Of a stretch of 61,827 nucleotides of DNA, positions 18,201 through 29,000 are shown piece after piece. The stretch is taken from contig JAZTYQ010000010.1 of NCBI GenBank assembly GCA_045637065.1, positions 1-61,827 on the forward strand, read 5' to 3'. Position 1 is the first letter of the stretch. Each line of letters begins with the position of its first letter. Made by a program: the position numbers and the translations under genes. A model generated the notes under the pieces. That model was not told the origin of the DNA. It did no database searches and saw nothing but the letters and a program-made list of their open reading frames with translations. The DNA comes from Acutalibacteraceae bacterium (GTDB lineage: Bacteria > Bacillota > Clostridia > Oscillospirales > Acutalibacteraceae).

Positions 18201-18320
18201 TTGTTTTTCACCTCATTTTGCGGCACTGCCGCATTTTTCCCGGGAAGCAAATATATTGCTTTCACATTCTACCATGGCTTTTTCTTCATGGGAAGAGGCA
18301 AAATATTGGAAATTACACTG

Positions 18321-18348
18321 TTGACACCGTCTGGTTTTATGATAAAAT
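18321..18348 (+). promoter_or_regulatory. Sigma-A-type promoter for the alpha/beta hydrolase gene
   Basis: TTGACA (18321-18326), 16 nt spacer, TGaTAAAAT (extended -10; hexamer 18343-18348), 24 nt upstream of the start codon region. Confidence 0.55.
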
Positions 18349-18371
18349 AGAGATAGTAAGGAGGTATTGCG

Positions 18372-19346
18372 ATGCTTGATTTTTTAGATAAAGTGCAGAT
18401 TATTGACGAAAATAACTACAGTAATATTATGGCTTCACAGGTTGAACCATATCTCGAAAAAAGACGCAGAGAAGATTTTTTCCCGGGCAGTGACGGTGCG
18501 CGCCTTCACTACGAAGCCTATGACAAGCTCCTTTCAAGAGGCAGCATCATCATTCTTCACGGCTTTACGGAATCTGCCGAAAAATTCCGTGAAACGGCAT
18601 ATTATTTCCGCAAGGCAGGCTACAGTGTTTTTATCCCCGACCTTCGCGGTCACGGCAAGTCATATCACTCCTCAGACAAAACGGAGCGTATCGATATCGA
18701 CAGCTTTGACACCTATGCCGACGACCTGGAAATTTTTATTGACAGTGTTGTCAGACCCGCGGCAAAAAACGAAAAAATTTACATCTACTCCCATTCTCTG
18801 GGCAGTACCGTTGCCCTGCTCTATCTTATTAATTACGGCGGCGACATTGAAAAGGCAGTCCTCTCCTCACCTATGATTTGCGGAAATATGGGCATGCCCG
18901 TAGCAATAGCAAGCACAGTGGCAAAGGCACTGTGCACTCTCGGCGGCAAAAAAATCCCCGCCCCCGGCAGATGCGTTTTCAATCCCTCACAAACTGCTGA
19001 GGAAAGCGACGCAACAAGCAATGCAAGATTTTACTATTACCACAGCAAGCGCATAAATGAGCCTCTTTACAAGACAAGCGGACCCTCCTTCAGCTGGGTC
19101 AAGGCTTCAGTTGAGGCAAGGGATAAAATTTTAAACAACGCTCACAAGACAGGGTGCAAAACCGAGCTTCTCATTTTCAAGCCACAAGAGGATAAGCAGC
19201 TTCTCGGCAGTTACACCGACCTCTTTGCCGAAAAAACAAAAACAAAGGTAAAGGATGTCAGAAACTCCCGCCACGAGATATTTATGAGCAGTGATGATGT
19301 GCTGAAGTGGTACTATGAGGAAATCCTCGACTTTATATCAGATTAA
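18372..19346 (+). CDS. Alpha/beta hydrolase (lysophospholipase/monoacylglycerol lipase-like)
   Basis: 324 aa with oxyanion-hole motif HGFTES, nucleophile elbow YSHSLGS and a C-terminal His (NSRHEIF). Confidence 0.82.
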   Translation: MLDFLDKVQIIDENNYSNIMASQVEPYLEKRRREDFFPGSDGARLHYEAYDKLLSRGSIIILHGFTESAEKFRETAYYFRKAGYSVFIPDLRGHGKSYHSSDKTERIDIDSFDTYADDLEIFIDSVVRPAAKNEKIYIYSHSLGSTVALLYLINYGGDIEKAVLSSPMICGNMGMPVAIASTVAKALCTLGGKKIPAPGRCVFNPSQTAEESDATSNARFYYYHSKRINEPLYKTSGPSFSWVKASVEARDKILNNAHKTGCKTELLIFKPQEDKQLLGSYTDLFAEKTKTKVKDVRNSRHEIFMSSDDVLKWYYEEILDFISD

Positions 19347-19352
19347 TAAAAA

Positions 19353-19376
19353 AGGACAGCGTTGCTGTCCTTTTTT
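19353..19376 (+). terminator. Rho-independent terminator
   Basis: aggacagc-gtt-gctgtcct followed by TTTTT. Confidence 0.8.
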
Positions 19377-19377
19377 A

Positions 19378-19475
19378 ATGCACGAAGTGCAATTCATGAC
19401 CGCAGGTCAATTCATGGCGAAGCCAATTCATTCATGCACGAAGTGCATTTCATGGAGCAATCCATTTCATCCTTT
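19378..19475. repeat. Mini-hairpin / A(A/T)TTCAT array (family E)
   Basis: Five units: gcac-gaa-gtgc aattcat; gacc-gca-ggtc aattcat; ggc-gaa-gcc aattcat(tcat); gcac-gaa-gtgc atttcat; gga-gcaa-tcc atttcat. The heptamer spacing is 16-22 nt. Confidence 0.75.
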
Positions 19476-19667
19476 GTGCCTACATCCTTTCAGGCGGTTT
19501 GCCTTTCAGATAACAGATAAGAGATATTCTAAATATAAAAAGCGGTAGGAATAAGCCTACCGCTTGATTTCTTATGCCCACGCCGGGCAGTCATTCTTTT
19601 TCATAGCGCAACCTCTCCGTCAGCCCTTGTGGACTGCCACCTCTCCTGAAAGGAGATGCAAAACGAA

Positions 19668-20855
19668 TCAAAAACGCGCTGATGCTCTCTCCAGCATCAT
19701 ATGTGCTGCCATGGCCACCCTCGCACTGTCCATATTATAAAGGGGCCAGCTATGTTTCTCTGTCAAAGGCAGATAATTTGTCATATACTCTGTCACACTG
19801 TCAAGGTCATTCATTACAGCTGCGGCATAGACATTTGCGCCCCAATAGAAAGGATCGGGATAATCAAAGGCTTCCCAATGAAAGCTCTCAGAAAATTTGT
19901 TGTAAAGAGTTTTTGCTCTCTCACATCCCGGGTCAATAACACCGCAGATTATTGGGAAAAGCTGCGATGTAGCCTGAGGATAATATGTATTCCAGGAGAA
20001 AATCTTTGTAGGTATGCTGACATAAGCCGTTATTCCGGGTCTGTAATATCCGCCCACGTAATTCCAGAGCTTGCGTTCAATGTTTTCTTTCACGGTTATG
20101 GCAAGATCGCTGCACTTTTCCATTATATCTGTATAGCTACTGTCACCCTTTGCAATAACCTCAAAAAGTCCTGTGGCAGCAACGGCTCCCTCATATACCT
20201 CGCAATTATCCATGAGATACTTTACCTTGTGGTTGGGCTTTGCATAGGTAAGACCGTTCTGCAAATTTGAAAACATTACATTGGTAATTCTTTCAATATC
20301 TTCCGCGTGAGCAACGATGTAATCGCTGTCACCTGTTTTACATAAATACTTGTAAACCACCGTGAGAAATGTTGCCGCATAAGAGTCCGTTGTATCGTAA
20401 GAATCCGCATTATCGGGAGCAGATATCTTCTCACTTTCGATTTTGCCGTCTTTCATTGTGATTATATAGTCATAGATAGTACCGTCAAGACCGTTAAAAT
20501 CCTCCTCGGCAGTATTCAGATGAGCAAAGTGCCAATCCATATATCTGACCGCATTATCTGCATACTTTTCTGCATTATCAAGCAGTGCAAGAGCAGCAAA
20601 GTCTGCAAAATAAGGGTTCATTGTAAGCTGTCCGTTTGCCGAATATGTCATAGGGATAGCTCCGTTTTCCAGCTGCAAGGAAGCGAGCCACTGAGTTTCT
20701 GTTTCAAAGATTCCCGCGAAAAGCTCAAGCTGTGCCTCAGTGGGTACGGCAGTATTTTTATCACCTGCTTTCAGGTCATCAGGAGTAAAGGGTACACCGA
20801 AAAGAGCCATAAGTGAAAAGTAAATTGCCGTAAAAAAAGCTGTGAGCTTAGCCAT
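19668..20855 (-). CDS. Exported hypothetical protein, possibly (alpha/alpha)-barrel glycoside-hydrolase-like
   Basis: ATG 20855 follows GGAGGTG; the track start 20900 has no RBS. The protein has an N-terminal signal/anchor (MAKLTAFFTAIYFSLMALFG) and W/Y-rich repeats (WLASLQLENGAIPM). The family assignment is tentative. Confidence 0.45.
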   Translation of the reverse strand: MAKLTAFFTAIYFSLMALFGVPFTPDDLKAGDKNTAVPTEAQLELFAGIFETETQWLASLQLENGAIPMTYSANGQLTMNPYFADFAALALLDNAEKYADNAVRYMDWHFAHLNTAEEDFNGLDGTIYDYIITMKDGKIESEKISAPDNADSYDTTDSYAATFLTVVYKYLCKTGDSDYIVAHAEDIERITNVMFSNLQNGLTYAKPNHKVKYLMDNCEVYEGAVAATGLFEVIAKGDSSYTDIMEKCSDLAITVKENIERKLWNYVGGYYRPGITAYVSIPTKIFSWNTYYPQATSQLFPIICGVIDPGCERAKTLYNKFSESFHWEAFDYPDPFYWGANVYAAAVMNDLDSVTEYMTNYLPLTEKHSWPLYNMDSARVAMAAHMMLERASARF

Positions 20856-20963
20856 AGCGACACCTCCGAAAAGATTTATTGCGGTATAATCATAGCACAC
20901 CCCAAAGGATATTGCAACAAAAAGCGGGAAATATTAGTTGATGACAGAAATGAATATCAATCA

Positions 20964-21359
20964 ATGGAGCTTTCAATTGAGGAATATGAGAAGGAAGCAA
21001 TTGAACGGGCGGACAAAGAGTATGAAAAATATGAGCCTTCACCTGAAGAACGAAAGTCGATGCTTGAGGAAAGTCAGGAAGATTATGACAGAATGAAAAG
21101 CAGATACCAATTTCAGTTAGGCTCTGATGCCGGTATTCTTTGCGACGATACAGGTGTTATAGAAAATCCGCTTATCAATATTTTCAGCGGTGCTTATATA
21201 ACGCTCAAATACGGTGAAGGTATATTGGATTTCATTTATGCAGATTTTATGACACCGTTCAAAAAGGCTTATGAATCTGCAATGTTTGAGAATATGCTCA
21301 GGGAGTATGGCAAGGAACAGAATAAAGAAAAAGCTCCTCAGCCGAAAAAAGCTGAATAG
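20964..21359 (+). CDS. Hypothetical acidic protein (first ORF of the AT-rich island)
   Basis: 131-aa ORF with no recognisable motif and a weak RBS. Confidence 0.35.
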   Translation: MELSIEEYEKEAIERADKEYEKYEPSPEERKSMLEESQEDYDRMKSRYQFQLGSDAGILCDDTGVIENPLINIFSGAYITLKYGEGILDFIYADFMTPFKKAYESAMFENMLREYGKEQNKEKAPQPKKAE

Positions 21360-21416
21360 CCATATAAAATATATAATGAAAATCAGATATATGTTGAAAA
21401 TTTCTACTCCTATGAA

Positions 21417-22297
21417 ATGACTTTTTATGAAATAAAGGATATTGCTTTTGCTTCATTATACTCTGCTATATGTCCGCCGAATTTTACTGACACAAGCTAT
21501 GAAAAGATTAAAAAATTAAAGTGGTATTTAAGTTGCCTTTTATGGTTGCAGGACGAATACAAAGAAATGATAGAGTTTTGCTATGACGAGGATTTTTATC
21601 CTGAAATATTAGGCTCACTTTATCCGAGTGAAAGACTAAGATTATACCGCAGCATACACGATTTGCCATTCAGGTTTGACAGAACAGAGAAGCTCTCATT
21701 AGCAGATGGTATGAGTGGTAAAGAAATGCCCTACGGTATGTCGATAAATGAATTATTGGAACGGTTTTCATCTAAAAACGGAGAACCTACCGAGGCAGAA
21801 AAGCAATTTGCGAAAAATACAATATCTCTGTCAGCACTCTTCAATACTGTCTTGCACATCCGGCATTTATAAGCATAAAATATTCATTCCGCAGTGTTGC
21901 TGATATTCTTGAGCTTGAATTCACAAAAATGCTTGAGCAGAATGTTCATTTCCGCAAATGCAAACGCTGTGGCAAGTATTTTATAATGAAAGGCAAATAT
22001 GACACCCGTTACTGTGACAGAGTGGTAGAGGGTGAAAGCCGTAGTTGTCAGGAAATAGCCGCCGCCGAAAATTATAAAGCAAAGCACGCTGACGACAAAG
22101 CTGCTGCTATTTACAGTAAATATTACAAGCGTTATTCTGCAAGAGTTAAGGTCAATCAGATAAAAGAAGCAGACTTTAAAAAGTGGAAATATCAAGCAAT
22201 GACAAAGCGTGATAAATGTACTAACGGAATTATTACTCCTGAAGAGTTTACCTCTTGGATGGAAGATTGCTTTCCGAACAGGAATCCAAAGAAATAA
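21417..22297 (+). pseudogene. DUF6076-like protein gene split by a frameshift
   Basis: ORF 21417-21872 and ORF 21929-22297 are in different frames. The second frame is already open from 21776 and reads ...SFRSVADILELEFTKMLEQNVHFRKCKRCGKYFIMKGKYDTRYCDR...YYKRYSARVKVNQIKEADFKKWKYQA. From memory this is the conserved C-terminal block of DUF6076 proteins of clostridial mobile elements. One frameshift within 21776-21870 would fuse the two into about 290 aa. Confidence 0.5.
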
Positions 22298-22828
22298 TTG
22301 TACAAATCTATACAAAAATGTAGTTAACCATTTGTAAATTCTTAGATTTAATTATCATTACTCTAATCCAAAATAGTAAAGCAATGCACGGACTTCAATT
22401 TCCGTAAGTCGTGCTGTATTACATCAAAATTCCGAAGACAAGTATGTGTTTTATTTATATATCAGTTCATCAATATAATCTCTCTTGCTCGAGCCTGAAA
22501 GTTGGTTGTTTTACCTAATCATTCTATATGATTTGTTCTTTTGGTTCTTTGGTAACACCGTCTACATCTTTCCTCTGCCAAAGAAAGCATCAAATATTTC
22601 TTGCTTTTGAACGTTAATATCAGCAATGAGCTTCCGCAATTTTCTTTTAGAGAGTAGTTTCTTATCGTACTTTTTGAAAGCACCTTATCCAAAGTCTTTT
22701 TTGTCATATTTGACAGAATATTGTTGTAAAATCAAGATTTTTGTGCTATAATGTTAAAGTATTTTTATATATTTGGAGAATGAACAGGGTATATTTATGT
22801 GTGTTTTATATAAAAAGTATTTAAATTG

Positions 22829-23025
22829 ATGATTGATAGAGATATGAACAAAAAAGATCTTCAAGAAGCTTCAGCGGGTAGTTCTTCTTCCATAACTAAA
22901 ATTGCAAAGGAAGCGCATGTAAGTTTGGATGTAATAAAGTTTGTGAAATGCTATCTGTAGATGTTGGTGAAATAATGAAGATAATCTCTACTAGTAACAA
23001 TGCAGAAAAAACACAACAAAGATAA
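22829..23025 (+). pseudogene. XRE-family HTH regulator gene, frameshifted
   Basis: Frame 1 reads MIDRDMNKKDLQEASGSSSSITKIAKEAHVSLDVIKFVKCYL* (stop 22958-22960). After a shift at the A-run near 22934-22939, the next frame continues VCEMLSVDVGEIMKIISTSNNAEKTQQR* (stop 23023-23025). Together these restore the canonical ...VSLDVIxKVCEMLSVDVGEIM... HTH_XRE helix 4-5. Confidence 0.55.
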
Positions 23026-23063
23026 TTATTCTTATTTGTTTTTGAAACATAGGAGGAGTTTAT

Positions 23064-26000
23064 ATGGATAACATCGTAAATGTTCAAGAATCGGATTACT
23101 TTGAGACTAAAATTCCTTTAGATGAGTTAAATGCTAAAAGCACCATATTTGATAGTTCATTAAACTATTCCTACGGTGTATTGACTATGCTTTCAAAGGC
23201 GTTTGCTTGCATTAAGCCAGCATTCTTTAACAACAGCTATGAAGAGGGAATTGAGTATAGTCCATCTGAGATCGTAATTTTTAATCCGTCCAATGTCGCT
23301 CTTAATGGGATAGATGGTAAAATAAACACAACAAAAAAGATGTATCTCGTGCGCTATAGAGATGGTGGGATAGTCAACAATCCTAAAACAGGAGATGCCC
23401 AACCAACAATAGACTATAGTGTTCCTATTGAAATTCTATTTGGCAGCAGTAAAAAACAATGCATATATATGACAATTGAAAACGATATTTTAGTTGTTAA
23501 GACAATAAAAGTATCTGACAGCAATAATAAAACACAAAAAAACTTAGAAGAAAAACATTTTGTTGAAGAACTCGATGAAACAGCCATTTCTATTTTAAGA
23601 GAGAAGATCATTGAAGATATTAGTAATCAAGGGTTTTCATATGCCTCCGAAATACCGCAATACTTATATGAAGCGTGTGGCACAAAAGACATTCAACAAT
23701 TTGCACATAATGTAAGAGAGTTTATAAACAATTATCTTCCCGATTTGTTCACATACGAGTCGAGCTTTGAGTATAACAATAAGACTATTCCTGGGGTAAT
23801 TTTACCGAAAAGAGAAATAACAGAAGAGAAAATTGATATTCTTAAACTATTTAACTCTTTCGGCATCAAACAAGAAAACACTGATTATCGAATTGGAATA
23901 GTAAGCTATTGTGCTGGTAAGGTAGCGTTCATTAATCCAGGATATGATGAAACTGTTTCTGAGGAAACAAACGCTTTGTCTGTTATTTTTAACCCAACAA
24001 GTATACAAACTGTTCCAAATAATTTTATATTTCACACTAAACATAATATATATGTTGTCCTGTTTGCTGTTTCTGGCGTTGTGCTAAATTCAAAAACAGG
24101 ACTGGAACATCCTGCGATCGATCAAACTGTTCCCGTTAGAATAGTAAAAAGCATTGTTCGCAAAGATTGTCTTTCTATTTCCATCTCAACTACTGAAATA
24201 AGTATAAAATACTTTCAGGAAAAAAGTTTTTTAGATAGTGCACTTGCCGCCCTTGATGAAAAAATATCATCAAGAATAAACGCTTCAAAGTTTATGCTTG
24301 CTTCTGACTTTCCACAAATTGCAAAAGAAAGCGGCCTTTTAAATTTTAGAAAATATGCGGATAGTATTGAACTGTTTATTGAGAAATTCCTAAAAAAGTA
24401 TATTTTAGTAAAAAATGTTGCTATTAATCAAAAATCTTTTCCGGGAGTTATTGTAGATAGACATAATCGCGATTTTATAGTCAAAATAACATCTGAGAAG
24501 AATGGAAACGACACAGCAAATGCCATTTCTAAAAGCATAAATTCTTTTGATGAATTTGATGCTTTGTTTTCCGAAAAGAGATATAAAGAAGCACTGTCCA
24601 GTGTCGCTCTGAAGAAAATTTCTCCGCAAGATCTTCCTGTTGAATACATTGAAAAAGTACTGACTGCGGCAGATAGGCTGCTTTTCTCAAACGAAAGAGA
24701 TGAGATAAAATTAAACTCATTTCAGATGGAACTGTTTAATTGCTCCTCGTCACGGGATTTTATAAAAAAATGGAAACATAATGGCACTTTCTCTGACAAT
24801 ATCATTGAAGGATGTTGTGAAACTTCTATTGCAGATTTTGTTTATCCAGAGGACAGCACCATAATAGTAAAATTTCTTAATGCGATTGGCCACAAGAATA
24901 CCGTTAACGACAATTATACCGGCATATTAGAAAGATTTGTTTCTTGTGAGAATGTTTTAGTTCCACATTTATTTTTGATTAGAGCTTTTATTAACAATTC
25001 TTCAACTTCTACTCAAAGAACTATTAGCGAATATTGTCTTTTTATAAAGGCTTTGAAGCACTCTCCTTCCGGAGGTAGATTGACGGATGATTTCAGATTG
25101 TATGGTTTTAAAGAGTTGATGTATGCTGTTAATACATGCTTATCTGAAATAATATTGCTCCCGAGAACTGTTCGTACCCATATTGTGGCTGTGTGCTTTG
25201 AGTATTGCCAAATCGAAATGGCTAAAGATATTATATCGCTTTGGGATGACACACAACAATCAACGGATGGAAGAATAGTTAATCTGTATTTTGCCCCTAA
25301 CGTATGGGATGAGCAATACATAGTTGATTTAATAAAAGAAGGAGCCAATATTCAGCTCCTTCAACGTTGCATTGCCATTATTTGGAGCAAATATGCTAAT
25401 GAACCAGTTTTGCCAAGAAAGTTTCTTGAGCTCCTTTCTTGGATTGTTATTGATGATGATCCCACATCAATAGAGGAAATATTACGATACCCTTCAAGTA
25501 AAAAACTGAACCGAATTGACAAACTAAATATGCTTGTCAATTCGTTCGAGTCTATCTGCACTTTTTCATACTATGACATTAGATTGTTTGCACTTGCTTC
25601 ATATATAGCAGACGAAAAAGAAAACTATCAAAATTTGGAAGCTGTTGCAGAGCCTATAAAAATAAAACTGAGAGACTGGGAATCGTTTTCTGACAAAATT
25701 TTCAAACAAGCTTGTAAAAAAACTAATACACTTACGTATGAAACCGAGAGAGATTATATTTCCCTGTTTTCTATTTTTAGATTAGACACACAACACTATT
25801 TACAGTTACAAGCGGAGTATTCTAATTGGTTTATTACCACCAAACTCAGCACCCCATTAACTGAAGATGAGATCAAAGAAGTGTTGAATTATCTTTACGA
25901 TAGAAAGGCATACGCAGCTCTAAAAGATATTTATTCTCAGCAGAATAGTTTAATTGTTGACGATGATTCAGAAAAGTACGCAATTCAGTACGTGCTTTCG

Positions 26001-29000
26001 CTTGCTTTTCTTCATAAATACTCTGAAGCGATATCTTTTCTTAATAAAACTTCAATAATATCAATTGCTCAAAGGAATGCTTTTCTACCCAAAATTTTAG
26101 GCGAAAATTTCAGGAAAAATGGTTTGTCTCATTTTGCTTTTTCTTGCTTTGATGATTCATTTACTTGTGAAGAGGCAATCAACTTATTACAGTCGAATTT
26201 AAGTCTCTCGCAAGCATACTCGGTTAATTCTCTTGTCGCGATATATATACACAAGGAAGAATATGTAAAGGCGGCTTATTTGTATGTTATTTATTCGTCA
26301 AAAGTCGATAAGGGGTATTTTAAGCTATATTATCAATGCCGCGCTTTTCTTCATGACTATTTAGATTTTAATAGGCTGAAGAGTCCTGTTCATGTAATTG
26401 ATTTTGCATTTAAGGTTTTGAGCGCAGAAAAATTAATCTCCTTTTTGGATTGGGCAAACGGGATCATTGTTCCTGATATCAAAGGAAATAGAGAACCCCA
26501 TATTTTCCAATACTTTTATGAAAGACTAGTTGAAGACCCGAGAAATAAGGACAATTGGATTGTTTTTCTAAATCATCTATTAAAGAATGGTTTGGAAAAA
26601 AATTCATGGAATATCCTTGTATGTGAAACGGTACTTAGGCGTGTTCTAAATAACGATAATCGCGCATTTTCCGAAAGCGCGATTACTTTGCTATGCAATA
26701 TAGGTGACAAAAAAGCAATTCCCCCAGCCTTCCTAATCTATGTTTTCCAATTTATTGAAGATACTAAAAATAATAATACCTGTAAATGCATTATTGATAT
26801 GATGTCAAATGATGCCGATTACAATTTTGCGGTTAAAGATAATAGCTGGTTAAAAATTTATAGTAAGGAAATTGGTCATTTCAAAACTTTCTGTTTGAGC
26901 TCTTATGAAGAAACAAACAATAATTTGTTTAATGATCTACTTGTTTCTTTGAGATTCGACTTGAATATCAAAGAGCTTGAGGGAACAATAAAAGCTTCTT
27001 CGAGCAAAAGATTGCTTATTTCAAAAATATGTAAAAACTATTTGGAAGGCAATGATCTTGAAGAAACGATAAATCTTCTCAATTCACCGGAATGGGGTAA
27101 TACTTCATATTCTGAGATGAAAGCAATTGCGTTATTAAAACTAGTTTTTGACAACGAAAACGGTCTATTTGTAGACGCTGAAGATTTATTTGATAATGAC
27201 GAAACCATATATCGATTTAAATATGATTGTGTTAATATCTTAAAATATTATCCAGAGAAAAAAGGTCTATTTTTATTTAATGAGTCTTGCAATAACGAAA
27301 GTTACAAAATGCTTGTATATACGTACATTTTCAATGTGATTTACGATCAAGATCTTTACAAAGTATTAGATAAAAAATATACAGACTTCACCAGCAAAAA
27401 AGAGTTGGATATATATCTGCATTTTCTTATTTCGTCATATAAAATGCAATTAGTTATTAACACCACATTTCCGTCTTTCTATAAAAAGTGGAGATATTTG
27501 AAGCTCTTTTTGGCTCATTTTCTTATCAATCCTAATTGCATTTATGATTCTGAAATTTCAGAACTGATGATGGGAAACGGACATTACGATGAATTTTTCA
27601 CACTCTCATACATTCCTTTTACAGAATATGTGAGAGAGTTTTGGGGCTTGAGTGATTTGAGTCTTGATTTCAAAACACGATTTTTGTTTGCTCTGTTGAT
27701 TGGTGATTCAAATGATGTTTTTGAAAACCATATAGAAACTTTTGCTAACTTATCACAAAACGAAAAAGATATTTTCAAGCAACTAATAATAAGTTTGGAT
27801 TATCGTGATTTTAACGAAAAGTTCTATGAATTCTATTGGAAAGATATAAAAGCAAAAAAATTTACCGAATGCCTTACTGTAGCTGCGTCTATTTCCGATT
27901 ACTCTTTTGACGCTATACAAGCATTATCAAAAAAATATGATGATGTTTCAATTGAGTTGTTTGCTAAACTTGCCTTAAACAAAAAACATTCAAGAGTACT
28001 AACCGAAGCAACTCTAATAGACGCAGAAACGCTACACAATTATCATAGCATTATTGTCCCATTGTTATGTTCAAGACAATTCATATTTTACATTAATGAT
28101 AGGTTCCGTAGTCTCGTTATCCGAAACAAACAGAATGCATCATTTTGTCAAAGATATGAATACATAGCAAAATATGTAGTAAATACAAAAAAGACCAATG
28201 ATGTTTCCGCTTATCTTTGGGCTTTGTATTACTGTATTCAAAAAGAACGAGAAAAAGCGAAATTGATTGTTTCTGACAGCAACATTCTTGCCTCCATACC
28301 TGAAAAATGGAAGAAAGAAGCCCAAAGAATCGCCGATTACACAAATGGTGAGACCGATAGATTTTCTCCAGACAAATCCATTGTTGATGGCAGTGAGGAA
28401 AATAAAAAGTCTAACACGAATACGCGTTTCGCGTCAACAATTCTTGGCAGAAAATTTACGAATGAAAAAGCTCTAACTACAATTGAAGAAGCTTCGGAAG
28501 CGTATGAACATTATTTGTCTGAAACGGATAATTGGGAAAAATCAAAATATGGATTGTTGTTATTATGTTTCCTTTCCAATGAAAAATCAAAAAGACATCA
28601 AGACCTTCCGTCAATAAATGACTTTTCCCTTGAACTCGGTCTTTTGATAATTAAACCCGACACAGGCTTTTCTTTAAATGAAAGATTTTTAGTGGTTGCT
28701 GCCTTGTTTAACAATAGGGCAACCTATTCTCAAAGCAAGTATTCATCTGCCTATAATGAGCTGAAATCAGAGTTCATGGGTCTTATCAACATTAACAATA
28801 GTATTACTGTTTGGGTAAAATATGCTTCTGTCATTGAGGATTTTCTTCGTGAATCCAAGTTGTTATTGGATTTCCACGAATTAAAAGAAAGGATTTTGGA
28901 AAAATGCTCCACATTGACATCTCTTGACATAGCATATGAGAAAAAGATTTCTGAATATGAAATACTGTTATCTTCATTTTCTGGACTTACATCTAACTAT

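Noticed and set aside
22519-22707. A 62-aa minus-strand ORF (MTKKTLDKVLSKSTIRNYSLKEN...), considered as a remnant of a recombinase or regulator that could explain island mobility.
   Set aside because: I could find no catalytic or HTH motif in any of the three reverse frames. An alternative frame (…KLRKLIADINVQKQEIFDAFFGRGKDVDG…) also looks protein-like, so the region may be decayed coding DNA, but I cannot support any call.
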